DNA of 62,213 bases, filler included, from 12 parts of 12 records of this genome joined end to end with filler, not necessarily neighbours in it, one strand, 5' to 3'; counted from the first letter of the whole stretch, positions 22,847 through 37,170 are shown. Notes: a model not told the origin generated them from the sequence alone. A program made the numbers and translations.

Positions 22847-24115
22847 ATGTATGATTTTGTGATTATTGGCGGCGGCATCATCGGCATGTCGACCGCCATG
22901 CAACTGATTGATGTCTATCCGGACGCCCGCATTGCGTTGCTGGAAAAAGAGTCCGCCCCGGCCTGTCACCAGACGGGCCACAACAGCGGCGTGATCCATG
23001 CCGGGGTCTATTACACGCCCGGCAGCCTGAAGGCGCAGTTTTGCCTGGCGGGAAACCGCGCCACCAAAGCCTTTTGCGATCAAAACGGCATTCGCTACGA
23101 CAACTGCGGCAAGATGCTGGTTGCCACGTCCGATCTCGAAATGGAACGGATGCGCGCCTTATGGGAACGCACAGCGGCGAACGGTATCGAGCGCGAATGG
23201 CTTAACGCCGACGAACTGCGCGAGCGCGAACCGAATATCACCGGGCTCGGCGGCATTTTTGTGCCGTCCAGCGGCATTGTCAGCTACCGCGACGTGACGG
23301 CGGCGATGGCAAAAATCTTCCAGTCCAGAGGCGGTGAAATTATCTATAACGCCGAAGTCAGCGGGCTTAATGAGCATAAAAACGGCGTGGTGATACGTAC
23401 CCGTCAGGGCGGCGAATATGAAGCATCAACGCTGATTAGCTGTTCCGGGCTGATGGCTGACCGGCTGGTGAAAATGCTCGGACTCGAACCGGGCTTTATC
23501 ATCTGCCCGTTCCGTGGCGAGTATTTCCGCCTTGCGCCGGAGCATAACCAGATTGTTAACCACCTGATTTACCCCATTCCCGACCCGGCAATGCCGTTTT
23601 TGGGCGTTCATCTCACCCGCATGATCGACGGCAGCGTGACCGTCGGGCCAAACGCGGTGCTGGCTTTCAAACGCGAAGGCTATCGCAAGCGCGACTTCTC
23701 ATTTAGCGACACGCTGGAGATTTTGGGCTCGTCGGGGATTCGCCGGGTGCTGCAAAACCATCTACGCTCAGGACTGGGCGAGATGAAAAACTCGCTGTGC
23801 AAAAGCGGCTATCTGCGGCTGGTGCAAAAGTATTGTCCCCGGCTTTCGTTAAGCGATCTCCAGCCCTGGCCCGCCGGTGTGCGGGCGCAGGCGGTATCGC
23901 CGGACGGCAAGCTGATTGACGATTTTCTGTTTGTCACCACCCCGCGCACGATCCACACCTGCAATGCGCCCTCCCCGGCAGCGACATCAGCAATTCCTAT
24001 TGGTGCGCATATTGTCAGCAAGGTACAAACGCTGTTGGCAAGCCAGAGTAACCCCGGACGCACGCTGCGAGCGGCACGTAGTGTGGATGCCTTACACGCC
24101 GCATTTAATCAATAA
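22847..24115 (+). CDS. lhgD: L-2-hydroxyglutarate dehydrogenase (LhgO)
   Basis: 422 aa from MYDFVIIGGGIIG; NSGVIHAG and NAPSPAATS motifs. Confidence 0.96.
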   Translation: MYDFVIIGGGIIGMSTAMQLIDVYPDARIALLEKESAPACHQTGHNSGVIHAGVYYTPGSLKAQFCLAGNRATKAFCDQNGIRYDNCGKMLVATSDLEMERMRALWERTAANGIEREWLNADELREREPNITGLGGIFVPSSGIVSYRDVTAAMAKIFQSRGGEIIYNAEVSGLNEHKNGVVIRTRQGGEYEASTLISCSGLMADRLVKMLGLEPGFIICPFRGEYFRLAPEHNQIVNHLIYPIPDPAMPFLGVHLTRMIDGSVTVGPNAVLAFKREGYRKRDFSFSDTLEILGSSGIRRVLQNHLRSGLGEMKNSLCKSGYLRLVQKYCPRLSLSDLQPWPAGVRAQAVSPDGKLIDDFLFVTTPRTIHTCNAPSPAATSAIPIGAHIVSKVQTLLASQSNPGRTLRAARSVDALHAAFNQ

Positions 24116-24137
24116 CCTTTGAAAACAGGATGTAGCG

Positions 24138-25586
24138 ATGAAACTTAACGACAGTAACTTATTCCGCCAGCAGGCGTTGATTAACGGGGAATGGCTGGAC
24201 GCCAACAATGGTGAAGCCATCGACGTCACCAATCCGGCGAACGGCGACAAGCTGGGTAGCGTGCCGAAAATGGGCGCGGATGAAACCCGCGCCGCTATCG
24301 ACGCCGCCAACCGCGCCCTGCCCGCCTGGCGCGCGCTCACCGCCAAAGAACGCGCCACCATTCTGCGCAACTGGTTCAATTTGATGATGGAGCATCAGGA
24401 CGATTTAGCGCGCCTGATGACCCTCGAACAGGGTAAACCACTGGCCGAAGCGAAAGGCGAAATCAGCTACGCCGCCTCCTTTATTGAGTGGTTTGCCGAA
24501 GAAGGCAAACGCATTTATGGCGACACCATTCCTGGTCATCAGGCCGATAAACGCCTGATTGTTATCAAGCAGCCGATTGGCGTCACCGCGGCTATCACGC
24601 CGTGGAACTTCCCGGCGGCGATGATTACCCGCAAAGCCGGTCCGGCGCTGGCAGCAGGCTGCACCATGGTGCTGAAGCCCGCCAGTCAGACGCCGTTCTC
24701 TGCGCTGGCGCTGGCGGAGCTGGCGATCCGCGCGGGCGTTCCGGCTGGGGTATTTAACGTGGTCACCGGTTCGGCGGGCGCGGTCGGTAACGAACTGACC
24801 AGTAACCCGCTGGTGCGCAAACTGTCGTTTACCGGTTCGACCGAAATTGGCCGCCAGTTAATGGAACAGTGCGCGAAAGACATCAAGAAAGTGTCGCTGG
24901 AGCTGGGCGGTAACGCGCCGTTTATCGTCTTTGACGATGCCGACCTCGACAAAGCCGTGGAAGGCGCGCTGGCCTCGAAATTCCGCAACGCCGGGCAAAC
25001 CTGCGTCTGCGCCAACCGCCTGTATGTGCAGGACGGCGTGTATGACCGTTTTGCCGAAAAATTGCAGCAGGCAGTGAGCAAACTGCACATCGGCGACGGG
25101 CTGGATAACGGCGTCACCATCGGGCCGCTGATCGATGAAAAAGCGGTAGCAAAAGTGGAAGAGCATATTGCCGATGCGCTGGAGAAAGGCGCGCGCGTGG
25201 TTTGCGGCGGTAAAGCGCACGAACGCGGCGGCAACTTCTTCCAGCCGACCATTCTGGTGGACGTTCCGGCCAACGCCAAAGTGTCGAAAGAAGAGACGTT
25301 CGGCCCCCTCGCCCCGCTGTTCCGCTTTAAAGATGAAGCTGATGTGATTGCGCAAGCCAATGACACCGAGTTTGGCCTTGCCGCCTATTTCTACGCCCGT
25401 GATTTAAGCCGCGTCTTCCGCGTGGGCGAAGCGCTGGAGTACGGCATCGTCGGCATCAATACCGGCATTATTTCCAATGAAGTGGCCCCGTTCGGCGGCA
25501 TCAAAGCCTCGGGTCTGGGTCGTGAAGGTTCGAAGTATGGCATCGAAGATTACTTAGAAATCAAATATATGTGCATCGGTCTTTAA
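24138..25586 (+). CDS. gabD: succinate-semialdehyde dehydrogenase (NADP+)
   Basis: 482 aa; LELGGNAP and FRNAGQTCVC ALDH motifs. Confidence 0.97.
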   Translation: MKLNDSNLFRQQALINGEWLDANNGEAIDVTNPANGDKLGSVPKMGADETRAAIDAANRALPAWRALTAKERATILRNWFNLMMEHQDDLARLMTLEQGKPLAEAKGEISYAASFIEWFAEEGKRIYGDTIPGHQADKRLIVIKQPIGVTAAITPWNFPAAMITRKAGPALAAGCTMVLKPASQTPFSALALAELAIRAGVPAGVFNVVTGSAGAVGNELTSNPLVRKLSFTGSTEIGRQLMEQCAKDIKKVSLELGGNAPFIVFDDADLDKAVEGALASKFRNAGQTCVCANRLYVQDGVYDRFAEKLQQAVSKLHIGDGLDNGVTIGPLIDEKAVAKVEEHIADALEKGARVVCGGKAHERGGNFFQPTILVDVPANAKVSKEETFGPLAPLFRFKDEADVIAQANDTEFGLAAYFYARDLSRVFRVGEALEYGIVGINTGIISNEVAPFGGIKASGLGREGSKYGIEDYLEIKYMCIGL

Positions 25587-25599
25587 CTGGAGAATGCGA

Positions 25600-26880
25600 A
25601 TGAACAGCAATAAAGAGTTAATGCAGCGCCGCAGTCAGGCGATTCCCCGTGGCGTTGGGCAAATTCACCCGATTTTCGCTGACCGCGCGGAAAACTGCCG
25701 GGTGTGGGACGTTGAAGGCCGTGAGTATCTTGATTTCGCGGGCGGGATTGCGGTGCTCAATACCGGGCACCTGCATCCGAAGGTGGTGGCCGCGGTGGAA
25801 GCGCAGTTGAAAAAACTGTCGCACACCTGCTTCCAGGTGCTGGCTTACGAGCCGTATCTGGAGCTGTGCGAGATTATGAATCAGAAGGTGCCGGGCGATT
25901 TCGCCAAGAAAACGCTGCTGGTTACGACCGGTTCCGAAGCGGTGGAAAACGCGGTAAAAATCGCCCGCGCCGCCACCAAACGTAGCGGCACCATCGCTTT
26001 TAGCGGCGCGTATCACGGGCGCACGCATTACACGCTGGCGCTGACCGGCAAGGTGAATCCGTACTCTGCGGGCATGGGGCTGATGCCGGGTCATGTTTAT
26101 CGCGCGCTTTATCCTTGCCCGCTGCACGGCATAAGCGAGGATGACGCTATCGCCAGCATCCACCGGATCTTCAAAAATGATGCCGCGCCGGAAGATATCG
26201 CCGCCATCGTGATTGAGCCGGTTCAGGGCGAAGGCGGTTTCTACGCCTCGTCGCCAGCCTTTATGCAGCGTTTACGCGCTCTGTGTGACGAGCACGGGAT
26301 CATGCTGATTGCCGATGAAGTGCAGAGCGGCGCGGGGCGTACCGGCACGCTGTTTGCGATGGAGCAGATGGGCGTTGCGCCGGATCTTACCACCTTTGCG
26401 AAATCGATCGCGGGCGGCTTCCCGCTGGCGGGCGTCACCGGGCGCGCGGAAGTAATGGATGCCGTCGCTCCAGGCGGTCTGGGCGGCACCTATGCGGGTA
26501 ACCCGATTGCCTGCGTGGCTGCGCTGGAAGTGTTGAAGGTGTTTGAGCAGGAAAATCTGCTGCAAAAAGCCAACGATCTGGGGCAGAAGTTGAAAGACGG
26601 ATTGCTGGCGATAGCCGAAAAACACCCGGAGATCGGCGACGTACGCGGGCTGGGGGCGATGATCGCCATTGAGCTGTTTGAAGACGGCGATCACAACAAG
26701 CCGGACGCCAAACTCACCGCCGAGATCGTGGCTCGCGCCCGCGATAAAGGCCTGATTCTTCTCTCCTGCGGCCCGTATTACAACGTGCTGCGCATCCTTG
26801 TACCGCTCACCATTGAAGACGCTCAGATCCGTCAGGGTCTGGAGATCATCAGCCAGTGTTTTGATGAGGCGAAGCAGTAG
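25600..26880 (+). CDS. gabT: 4-aminobutyrate aminotransferase
   Basis: 426 aa from MNSNKELMQRR; IADEVQSG and TFAKSIAGG class III motifs. Confidence 0.97.
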   Translation: MNSNKELMQRRSQAIPRGVGQIHPIFADRAENCRVWDVEGREYLDFAGGIAVLNTGHLHPKVVAAVEAQLKKLSHTCFQVLAYEPYLELCEIMNQKVPGDFAKKTLLVTTGSEAVENAVKIARAATKRSGTIAFSGAYHGRTHYTLALTGKVNPYSAGMGLMPGHVYRALYPCPLHGISEDDAIASIHRIFKNDAAPEDIAAIVIEPVQGEGGFYASSPAFMQRLRALCDEHGIMLIADEVQSGAGRTGTLFAMEQMGVAPDLTTFAKSIAGGFPLAGVTGRAEVMDAVAPGGLGGTYAGNPIACVAALEVLKVFEQENLLQKANDLGQKLKDGLLAIAEKHPEIGDVRGLGAMIAIELFEDGDHNKPDAKLTAEIVARARDKGLILLSCGPYYNVLRILVPLTIEDAQIRQGLEIISQCFDEAKQ

Positions 26881-26891
26881 CGCCGCTCCTA

Positions 26892-26965
26892 TGCCGGAGG
26901 CGACGCTGCGCGTCTTGTCCGGCCTACGGGGATCCAGGTCGGATAAGGCGTTTACGCCGCATCCG
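26892..26965. repeat. REP/BIME cluster after gabT, cut by the contig end
   Basis: Two REP units in opposite orientation. Confidence 0.85.
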
Positions 26966-27066
26966 NNNNNNNNNNNNNNNNNNNNNNNNNNNNNNNNNNN
27001 NNNNNNNNNTTAATTAATTAANNNNNNNNNNNNNNNNNNNNNNNNNNNNNNNNNNNNNNNNNNNNC

Positions 27067-27867
27067 GATAAAGTACAAAAGGGCACACCGCTTCTCGACC
27101 TGACCATTCCTGACTGGGTGGAAGCGCAGAGTGAGTATTTACTGCTGCGCGAAACCGGCGGTACGGCGACCCAGACTGAAGGCATTCTTGAGCGGCTGCG
27201 ACTGGCGGGAATGCCGGAGGCGGATATTCGCCGCCTGATCGCCACGCAAAAAATCCAGACTCGCTTTACGCTCAAAGCGCCCATTGATGGCGTGATCACC
27301 GCGTTTGATCTGCGCGCGGGAATGAATATCGCCAAAGATAACGTGGTAGCGAAAATTCAGGGTATGGACCCGGTGTGGGTCACTGCTGCGATCCCGGAGT
27401 CTATCGCCTGGCTGGTGAAAGATGCCTCGCAGTTTACCCTCACCGTTCCGGCGCGACCGGATAAAACACTCACCATCCGCAAATGGACGCTGCTACCTGG
27501 CGTGGATGCCGCGACCCGCACGCTGCAGCTGCGTCTGGAAGTCGACAACGCCGACGAGGCGCTAAAACCGGGCATGAACGCCTGGTTGCAACTCAACACC
27601 GCCAGCGAACCGATGCTGCTCATTCCGTCACAAGCGCTGATTGATACCGGCAGCGAACAGCGGGTGATTACCGTTGATGCCGACGGGCGCTTTGTACCGA
27701 AACGCGTTGCTGTTTTCCAGGCATCGCAAGGCGTCACCGCATTACGCTCTGGTCTGGCGGAAGGTGAAAAGGTGGTTTCCAGCGGCCTGTTCCTGATTGA
27801 TTCCGAAGCCAATATTTCTGGCGCACTGGAGCGGATGCGCTCTGAAAGTGCTACCCATGCGCATTGA
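27067..27867 (+). CDS. cusB: Cu/Ag efflux membrane fusion protein, 5' end truncated
   Basis: APIDGVI, LKPGM and VVSSGLFLIDSE motifs; directly upstream of cusA. Confidence 0.95.
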   Translation, partial: DKVQKGTPLLDLTIPDWVEAQSEYLLLRETGGTATQTEGILERLRLAGMPEADIRRLIATQKIQTRFTLKAPIDGVITAFDLRAGMNIAKDNVVAKIQGMDPVWVTAAIPESIAWLVKDASQFTLTVPARPDKTLTIRKWTLLPGVDAATRTLQLRLEVDNADEALKPGMNAWLQLNTASEPMLLIPSQALIDTGSEQRVITVDADGRFVPKRVAVFQASQGVTALRSGLAEGEKVVSSGLFLIDSEANISGALERMRSESATHAH

Positions 27868-27878
27868 GGGAATAACCA

Positions 27879-30800
27879 ATGATTGAATGGATTATTCGTC
27901 GCTCGGTGGCGAACCGTTTTTTGGTGCTGATGGGCGCGTTGTTTCTGAGCATCTGGGGCACCTGGACCATCATTAATACGCCAGTGGATGCGCTGCCGGA
28001 TCTCTCCGATGTGCAGGTTATTATTAAAACCAGCTATCCCGGTCAGGCACCACAAATCGTTGAAAATCAGGTGACTTATCCGCTAACCACCACCATGTTG
28101 TCGGTGCCTGGCGCGAAGACTGTGCGCGGTTTCTCACAGTTTGGCGACTCTTATGTGTATGTCATTTTCGAAGATGGCACCGATCCGTACTGGGCGCGTT
28201 CGCGGGTGCTGGAGTACCTCAACCAGGTACAGGGTAAGCTGCCTGCGGGAGTCAGCGCCGAGCTGGGGCCAGATGCCACGGGTGTTGGCTGGATCTATGA
28301 ATATGCACTGGTGGATCGCAGCGGTAAGCACGATCTGGCCGATTTACGCTCATTACAGGACTGGTTTCTCAAATATGAGCTGAAAACCATCCCTGACGTT
28401 GCGGAAGTGGCGTCGGTGGGCGGTGTGGTGAAAGAGTATCAGGTGGTTATCGATCCCCAGCGCCTGGCGCAGTATGGCATCAGTCTCGCCGAAGTAAAAA
28501 GCGCGCTGGATGCTTCAAACCAGGAAGCGGGCGGTTCGTCGATCGAACTGGCGGAAGCGGAATATATGGTGCGCGCCAGCGGCTATCTGCAAACGCTCGA
28601 CGACTTTAATCACATCGTTTTAAAAGCCAGTGAAAATGGCGTGCCCGTTTATCTGCGCGATGTTGCGAAGGTCCAGATTGGCCCGGAGATGCGCCGGGGC
28701 ATTGCCGAACTAAACGGCGAAGGCGAAGTGGCGGGCGGGGTGGTGATCCTGCGATCCGGCAAAAACGCCCGAGAAGTGATCGCCGCCGTGAAGGACAAAC
28801 TGGAAACGCTGAAAAGTAGTCTGCCGGAAGGCGTGGAGATAGTTACAACATACGATCGCAGCCAGCTCATTGACCGCGCCATCGACAACCTCAGCGGCAA
28901 GTTGCTGGAAGAGTTTATTGTGGTGGCGGTAGTCTGTGCGCTGTTTCTCTGGCATGTGCGCTCGGCGCTGGTGGCGATTATTTCGTTGCCGCTGGGGTTG
29001 TGTATTGCTTTTATTGTCATGCACTTCCAGGGACTGAATGCCAATATTATGTCGTTGGGTGGCATTGCGATTGCCGTCGGGGCGATGGTCGATGCTGCTA
29101 TCGTCATGATCGAGAATGCGCATAAACGGCTGGAAGAGTGGCAGCACCAGCATCCTGACGCCACGCTGGATAATAAAACGCGCTGGCAGGTGATCACCGA
29201 TGCGTCTGTTGAAGTGGGGCCGGCGCTATTTATCAGTCTGCTGATTATCACGTTGTCGTTTATCCCGATCTTCACCCTGGAAGGGCAGGAAGGGCGTCTG
29301 TTTGGCCCGTTGGCGTTCACCAAAACGTATGCGATGGCGGGTGCGGCGCTGCTGGCGATCGTAGTGATCCCGATCCTGATGGGCTACTGGATCCGTGGCA
29401 AAATTCCGCCGGAAAGCAGTAACCCGCTCAATCGCTTTTTGATTCGTGTTTATCATCCGCTGTTGCTGAAAGTACTGCACTGGCCGAAAACCACGCTGCT
29501 GGTGGCGGCGCTTTCGGTGCTGACGGTTCTCTGGCCGCTCAATAAAGTTGGCGGGGAATTTTTACCGCAGATCAATGAAGGCGACTTGTTGTATATGCCA
29601 TCGACGCTGCCGGGGATTTCCGCAGCAGAGGCGGCGAGTATGCTGCAAAAAACCGACAAGCTAATTATGAGCGTACCTGAAGTGGCGCGGGTATTTGGCA
29701 AAACCGGGAAAGCGGAAACCGCCACCGATTCTGCTCCGCTGGAGATGGTAGAAACGACCATCCAGCTTAAGCCGCAGGAGCAGTGGCGGCCAGGCATGAC
29801 GATGGACAAAATCATTGAGGAACTGGATAACACCGTGCGGCTGCCGGGGCTGGCGAATCTGTGGGTGCCGCCAATTCGTAACCGTATCGATATGCTCTCA
29901 ACCGGCATTAAAAGCCCCATCGGCATTAAAGTTTCCGGCACTGTGCTGGCGGATATCGACGCGATGGCTGAGCAAATTGAAGAAGTAGCGCGAACGGTGC
30001 CAGGCGTAGCTTCTGCGCTTGCCGAGCGGCTGGAAGGTGGGCGCTATATCAACGTTGAGATTAACCGTGAAAAAGCCGCACGTTACGGTATGACGGTGGC
30101 GGATGTGCAGTTGTTTGTGACTTCTGCGGTGGGCGGGGCGATGGTTGGCGAAACGGTGGAAGGGATTGCCCGTTATCCAATTAATCTGCGTTATCCGCAA
30201 AGCTGGCGCGATAGTCCGCAGGCACTGCGCCAGCTGCCGATCCTGACGCCGATGAAGCAGCAAATCACCCTGGCAGACGTGGCCGACATTAAAGTCTCTA
30301 CCGGACCGTCGATGCTGAAAACCGAGAATGCGCGCCCGACGAGCTGGATTTATATCGATGCCCGCGATCGTGACATGGTGTCGGTGGTTCACGATTTGCA
30401 AAAAGCGATAGCTGAAAAAGTGCAGTTAAAACCGGGCACCAGCGTGGCATTCTCCGGGCAGTTCGAGCTACTGGAGCGCGCCAACCATAAGCTTAAACTC
30501 ATGGTGCCGATGACGTTGATGATTATCTTCGTGCTGTTGTATCTGGCGTTCCGTCGGGTGGGCGAAGCGTTGCTGATTATCAGCAGCGTACCGTTTGCGC
30601 TGGTGGGCGGCATCTGGTTGCTGTGGTGGATGGGCTTTCATCTTTCCGTGGCGACGGGCACTGGCTTTATCGCCCTCGCCGGGGTCGCCGCCGAATTTGG
30701 CGTGGTGATGCTGATGTATTTACGTCACGCCATAGAGGCCGTGCCGTCGTTGAATAATCCACAAACATTCAGCGAGCAGAAGCTGGATGAGGCGTTATAT

Positions 30801-31022
30801 CACGGCGCGGTCCTGCGCGTGCGCCCGAAAGCGATGACGGTGGCGGTGATTATCGCCGGTCTGCTGCCGATTCTGTGGGGAACGGGGGCTGGTTCAGAGG
30901 TGATGAGCCGGATTGCCGCGCCGATGATTGGCGGCATGATCACCGCACCTTTGCTGTCGCTGTTTATTATCCCGGCGGCGTATAAGCTGATGTGGCTGCA
31001 CCGACATCGGGTACGGAAATAA
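27879..31022 (+). CDS. cusA: Cu/Ag RND efflux pump
   Basis: 1047 aa; [13 protein letters not shown] and RVRPKAMT motifs. Confidence 0.98.
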   Translation: MIEWIIRRSVANRFLVLMGALFLSIWGTWTIINTPVDALPDLSDVQVIIKTSYPGQAPQIVENQVTYPLTTTMLSVPGAKTVRGFSQFGDSYVYVIFEDGTDPYWARSRVLEYLNQVQGKLPAGVSAELGPDATGVGWIYEYALVDRSGKHDLADLRSLQDWFLKYELKTIPDVAEVASVGGVVKEYQVVIDPQRLAQYGISLAEVKSALDASNQEAGGSSIELAEAEYMVRASGYLQTLDDFNHIVLKASENGVPVYLRDVAKVQIGPEMRRGIAELNGEGEVAGGVVILRSGKNAREVIAAVKDKLETLKSSLPEGVEIVTTYDRSQLIDRAIDNLSGKLLEEFIVVAVVCALFLWHVRSALVAIISLPLGLCIAFIVMHFQGLNANIMSLGGIAIAVGAMVDAAIVMIENAHKRLEEWQHQHPDATLDNKTRWQVITDASVEVGPALFISLLIITLSFIPIFTLEGQEGRLFGPLAFTKTYAMAGAALLAIVVIPILMGYWIRGKIPPESSNPLNRFLIRVYHPLLLKVLHWPKTTLLVAALSVLTVLWPLNKVGGEFLPQINEGDLLYMPSTLPGISAAEAASMLQKTDKLIMSVPEVARVFGKTGKAETATDSAPLEMVETTIQLKPQEQWRPGMTMDKIIEELDNTVRLPGLANLWVPPIRNRIDMLSTGIKSPIGIKVSGTVLADIDAMAEQIEEVARTVPGVASALAERLEGGRYINVEINREKAARYGMTVADVQLFVTSAVGGAMVGETVEGIARYPINLRYPQSWRDSPQALRQLPILTPMKQQITLADVADIKVSTGPSMLKTENARPTSWIYIDARDRDMVSVVHDLQKAIAEKVQLKPGTSVAFSGQFELLERANHKLKLMVPMTLMIIFVLLYLAFRRVGEALLIISSVPFALVGGIWLLWWMGFHLSVATGTGFIALAGVAAEFGVVMLMYLRHAIEAVPSLNNPQTFSEQKLDEALYHGAVLRVRPKAMTVAVIIAGLLPILWGTGAGSEVMSRIAAPMIGGMITAPLLSLFIIPAAYKLMWLHRHRVRK

Positions 31023-31123
31023 AAGCAGGATACCCCGTTTAACCGTGTGGATTGTGTCTTGCGACGATGGGCACTAAATGTTAAAAGGTGCCCCTCAACA
31101 AAAAAGACACACAGGGGAAAGGC

Positions 31124-32500
31124 GTGAAAAACGCGTCAACCGTATCGGAAGATACTGCGTCGAATCAAGAGCCGACGCTTCATCGCGGATTACATAACCG
31201 TCATATTCAACTGATTGCGTTGGGTGGCGCAATTGGTACTGGTCTGTTTCTTGGCATTGGCCCGGCGATTCAGATGGCGGGTCCGGCTGTATTGCTGGGC
31301 TACGGCGTCGCCGGGATCATCGCTTTCCTGATTATGCGCCAGCTTGGCGAAATGGTGGTTGAGGAGCCGGTATCCGGTTCATTTGCCCACTTTGCCTATA
31401 AATACTGGGGACCGTTTGCGGGCTTCCTCTCTGGCTGGAACTACTGGGTAATGTTCGTGCTGGTGGGAATGGCAGAGCTGACCGCTGCGGGCATCTATAT
31501 GCAGTACTGGTTCCCGGATGTTCCAACGTGGATTTGGGCTGCCGCCTTCTTTATTATCATCAACGCCGTTAACCTGGTGAACGTGCGCTTATATGGCGAA
31601 ACCGAGTTCTGGTTTGCGTTGATTAAAGTGCTGGCAATCATCGGTATGATCGGCTTTGGCCTGTGGCTGCTGTTTTCTGGTCACGGCGGCGAGAAAGCCA
31701 GTATCGACAACCTCTGGCGCTACGGTGGTTTCTTCGCCACCGGCTGGAATGGGCTGATTTTGTCGCTGGCGGTAATTATGTTCTCCTTCGGCGGTCTGGA
31801 GCTGATTGGGATTACTGCCGCTGAAGCGCGCGATCCGGAAAAAAGCATTCCAAAAGCGGTAAATCAGGTGGTGTATCGCATCCTGCTGTTTTACATCGGT
31901 TCACTGGTGGTTTTACTGGCGCTCTATCCGTGGGTGGAAGTGAAATCCAACAGTAGCCCGTTTGTGATGATTTTCCATAATCTCGACAGCAACGTGGTAG
32001 CTTCTGCGCTGAACTTCGTCATTCTGGTAGCATCGCTGTCAGTGTATAACAGCGGGGTTTACTCTAACAGCCGCATGCTGTTTGGCCTTTCTGTGCAGGG
32101 TAATGCGCCGAAGTTTTTGACTCGCGTCAGCCGTCGCGGTGTGCCGATTAACTCGCTGATGCTTTCCGGAGCGATCACTTCGCTGGTGGTGTTAATCAAC
32201 TATCTGCTGCCGCAAAAAGCGTTTGGTCTGCTGATGGCGCTGGTGGTAGCAACGCTGCTGTTGAACTGGATTATGATCTGTCTGGCGCATCTGCGTTTTC
32301 GTGCAGCGATGCGACGTCAGGGGCGTGAAACACAGTTTAAGGCGCTGCTCTATCCGTTCGGCAACTATCTCTGCATTGCCTTCCTCGGCATGATTTTGCT
32401 GCTGATGTGCACGATGGATGATATGCGCTTGTCAGCGATCCTGCTGCCGGTGTGGATTGTATTCCTGTTTATGGCATTTAAAACGCTGCGTCGGAAATAA
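31124..32500 (+). CDS. pheP: phenylalanine permease (APC family)
   Basis: 458 aa from GTG; LHNRHIQLIALGGAIGTGLF. Confidence 0.96.
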   Translation: MKNASTVSEDTASNQEPTLHRGLHNRHIQLIALGGAIGTGLFLGIGPAIQMAGPAVLLGYGVAGIIAFLIMRQLGEMVVEEPVSGSFAHFAYKYWGPFAGFLSGWNYWVMFVLVGMAELTAAGIYMQYWFPDVPTWIWAAAFFIIINAVNLVNVRLYGETEFWFALIKVLAIIGMIGFGLWLLFSGHGGEKASIDNLWRYGGFFATGWNGLILSLAVIMFSFGGLELIGITAAEARDPEKSIPKAVNQVVYRILLFYIGSLVVLLALYPWVEVKSNSSPFVMIFHNLDSNVVASALNFVILVASLSVYNSGVYSNSRMLFGLSVQGNAPKFLTRVSRRGVPINSLMLSGAITSLVVLINYLLPQKAFGLLMALVVATLLLNWIMICLAHLRFRAAMRRQGRETQFKALLYPFGNYLCIAFLGMILLLMCTMDDMRLSAILLPVWIVFLFMAFKTLRRK

Positions 32501-32541
32501 GGCATTCACGCTACATCCGACAAAACGATGTCAACCATCCG

Positions 32542-32578
32542 AAACCGCTCTCATCCATTCGATGAGAGCGGTTTTTTT
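32542..32578. terminator. intrinsic terminator between convergent pheP and ybdG
   Basis: AAACCGCTCTCATC-cattc-GATGAGAGCGGTTTTTTT. Confidence 0.85.
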
Positions 32579-32580
32579 AA

Positions 32581-33876
<1,296 letters not shown>

Positions 33877-33935
33877 TTATGCAAATCAGGAGAATCTGAG
33901 AGGAAATAGCCGGGCAGATGCCCGGCAAGAGAGAA

Positions 33936-34589
33936 TTACACTTCGGTTAAGGTGATGTTTTGCGGCAGACGAGATTTCGGCAGCGTAGCGTTAAAATCTT
34001 CAACGCTGTGATGACCTACCGGAACAACCACCAGACTGGTGTAGCCTTTCTCTTTCAGACCAAATTCTGCATCGAGGATGGCGGCGTCAAAACCTTCGAT
34101 GGGTACCGCGTCCAGACCCAGAGCCGCCACGCCGAGCAGGAAGTTACCGACGTTGAGATAAACCTGTTTTGCCATCCACTCTGCATCATCATGCAGATCT
34201 TTACGGTGCATATCAGCGAAGAACTTGCGACCTTTATCGTTCGCGGCTTTCGCTTCCGGCGTGGCAAAGCGGCCATCGGCATCTTCCTGGTCAACAACCA
34301 GCTTCAGCCAGACATCGTCCATCGCGGTTTTTGCACAGAACACCACGACGTGCGAGGCATCAAGCATTTTACGCTCGTTGAACACGTAATTACCGGCAGC
34401 GGATTTGGCAACACGCGCTTTACCTTCTTCCGTGCTGGCAACAATAAAATGCCACGGCTGGGAGTTGGTGCTGGATGGGCTGTATTGCAGTAGCGTTTTG
34501 ATCTGCTCGGCCTGTTCCGGGGTAAGTTTTTTGCTGGCATCAAATGCCTTAGTGGAATGACGCTTTAAGGCGACAGAAATGATATCCAT
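33936..34589 (-). CDS. nfsB: oxygen-insensitive NAD(P)H nitroreductase
   Basis: 217 aa [24 protein letters not shown]. Confidence 0.97.
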
Positions 34590-34682
34590 AAAGACTCCAT
34601 GTGAAAGTAATTTTGCGTGCCAGCAGATTACAAGGTTCAACGAGAAATGGTAAGCGAGAAAAATGCGCTATAGATTTCCGCT

Positions 34683-35051
34683 TTAGCCTGGACGCACTCT
34701 TTTTTGATCGCGTTTAGCCAGACCATCAACCACCAGATTCCACGAATCGTTGATCAGATCGCGAAGTAACGCTTCGGAGATTTCTTCGCCGGGATACACT
34801 GAAATCCAGTGCTTTTTATTCATGTGATACCCTGGCTTAATGCTTGGGTATATTTGCTGATTTAACAGGGATTTTTGTGGATCGGACTTCAGATTGATAA
34901 AGGGGACGCCGCGTAGCTCCGACGACAGCATAAAAATCTTGCCGCCAATTTTAAAAACATCGAACTCCGGGCCAAAAGGCCAGCAAAGCTCGACAAAGGG
35001 TAACTCAAGGGCCAGGCGTTTCGCCGTTTCGTGCAGTGATTGCTTATCCAT
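34683..35051 (-). CDS. ybdF: MmcQ/YjbR-family protein
   Basis: 122 aa from [18 protein letters not shown]. Confidence 0.94.
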
Positions 35052-35115
35052 AAACGTTCCTTTAGGCGAAGGAGAATAAGCAAAGTATGCCGCGAAGTAC
35101 GGCGATAATCGACGT

Positions 35116-35363
35116 TTAATCCGCCAGCGAGAACCAGCGTCGCCAGATAAAGCGCAGAACAAAATACTCAATAGCGCCCAGCACTAAAAACCACAGACAA
35201 AACAATAAAGTGTAAAGCTGACTAAGATCCATCAGATGGAACATGGTCACCAGTTTTTGTGCCAGCGCCAGCCCCAGTGCGGGGCGGGCAGCAGCAGGCA
35301 AGAGAGGAAAGCCATCAGCAAAATGCCTGCTGCGGTGGTCAAGGTTTCTAAAGGGTGTTTCAT
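35116..35363 (-). pseudogene. ybdJ: ybdJ membrane protein with an apparent 1-nt deletion frameshift
   Basis: ATG at 35363 reads MKHPLETLTTAAGILLMAFLSCLLLPAP then HWGWRWHKNW*; the C-terminus ALGLALAQK...FSLAD is in another frame; span is 248 nt. Confidence 0.8.
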
Positions 35364-35428
35364 AACATTGTTAAATGTAAGTTAAAACACCATTGTCAGG
35401 GATATTCTTCTGTAAGGCAATTCCCGGC

Positions 35429-36556
<1,128 letters not shown>

Positions 36557-36896
36557 TTATGTTGGCGTTTTCTATTCAGTATAGAAGTCGGAGCGGCTGG
36601 GCGAGATGCGGAAGTTCTGGAATGTTTCTTTTTTTGGTGATGGTGAACTGATGGTGCCTGAAGCAATTTGGCTACTTTTGCAATGTGACAAGTTATGGCA
36701 GTGCTGACTGGTGGCGAAGAATTTTGACGATTGAGTCATGCAGAAAAAAACGGGTTCAGCTTCAGTTGATTAAATGAGGAGTGAGAAGTCCGAAACAGGA
36801 CTCACTGTATAAATAAACAGCTATTTTGTTGAGGAAGGGTAAGATAACGGCGGGTGCCTGAAGCTTTCCGGTTTCAGGTTTACTCTGAGGTCTGGA

Positions 36897-36955
36897 AAGA
36901 TGAAGCCCCAGGAGATATTTCTATCAACCCTGGGGCTGCCACTCCAAACCCGAAC
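36897..36955 (-). ncRNA. sokE: Sok-type antisense RNA region (sokE), approximate boundaries
   Basis: GCCCCAGG...CCTGGGGC hairpin in the hok leader; position inferred from hok/sok architecture. Confidence 0.5.
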
Positions 36956-36998
36956 AATTTGGATGGTAGTCCCTTCTTCGCATGGAGGCAATATAAAC

Positions 36999-37151
36999 AT
37001 GCTGACGAAATATGCCCTTGCGGCAGTCATAGTGCTGTGTTTAACGGTGCTGGGATTTACGCTTCTGGTCGGAGACTCGCTGTGTGAGTTTACGGTGAAG
37101 GAACGTAATATTGAGTTTAAGGCTGTTCTCGCTTACGAACCGAAGAAGTAG
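36999..37151 (+). CDS. hokE: Hok/Gef-family type I toxin
   Basis: 50 aa [16 protein letters not shown]...SLCE...LAYEPKK; GGAGG RBS; in-frame upstream mok-like extension from 36900. Confidence 0.93.
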   Translation: MLTKYALAAVIVLCLTVLGFTLLVGDSLCEFTVKERNIEFKAVLAYEPKK

Positions 37152-37170
37152 CCGTTGTGCGGGGAGTAAT

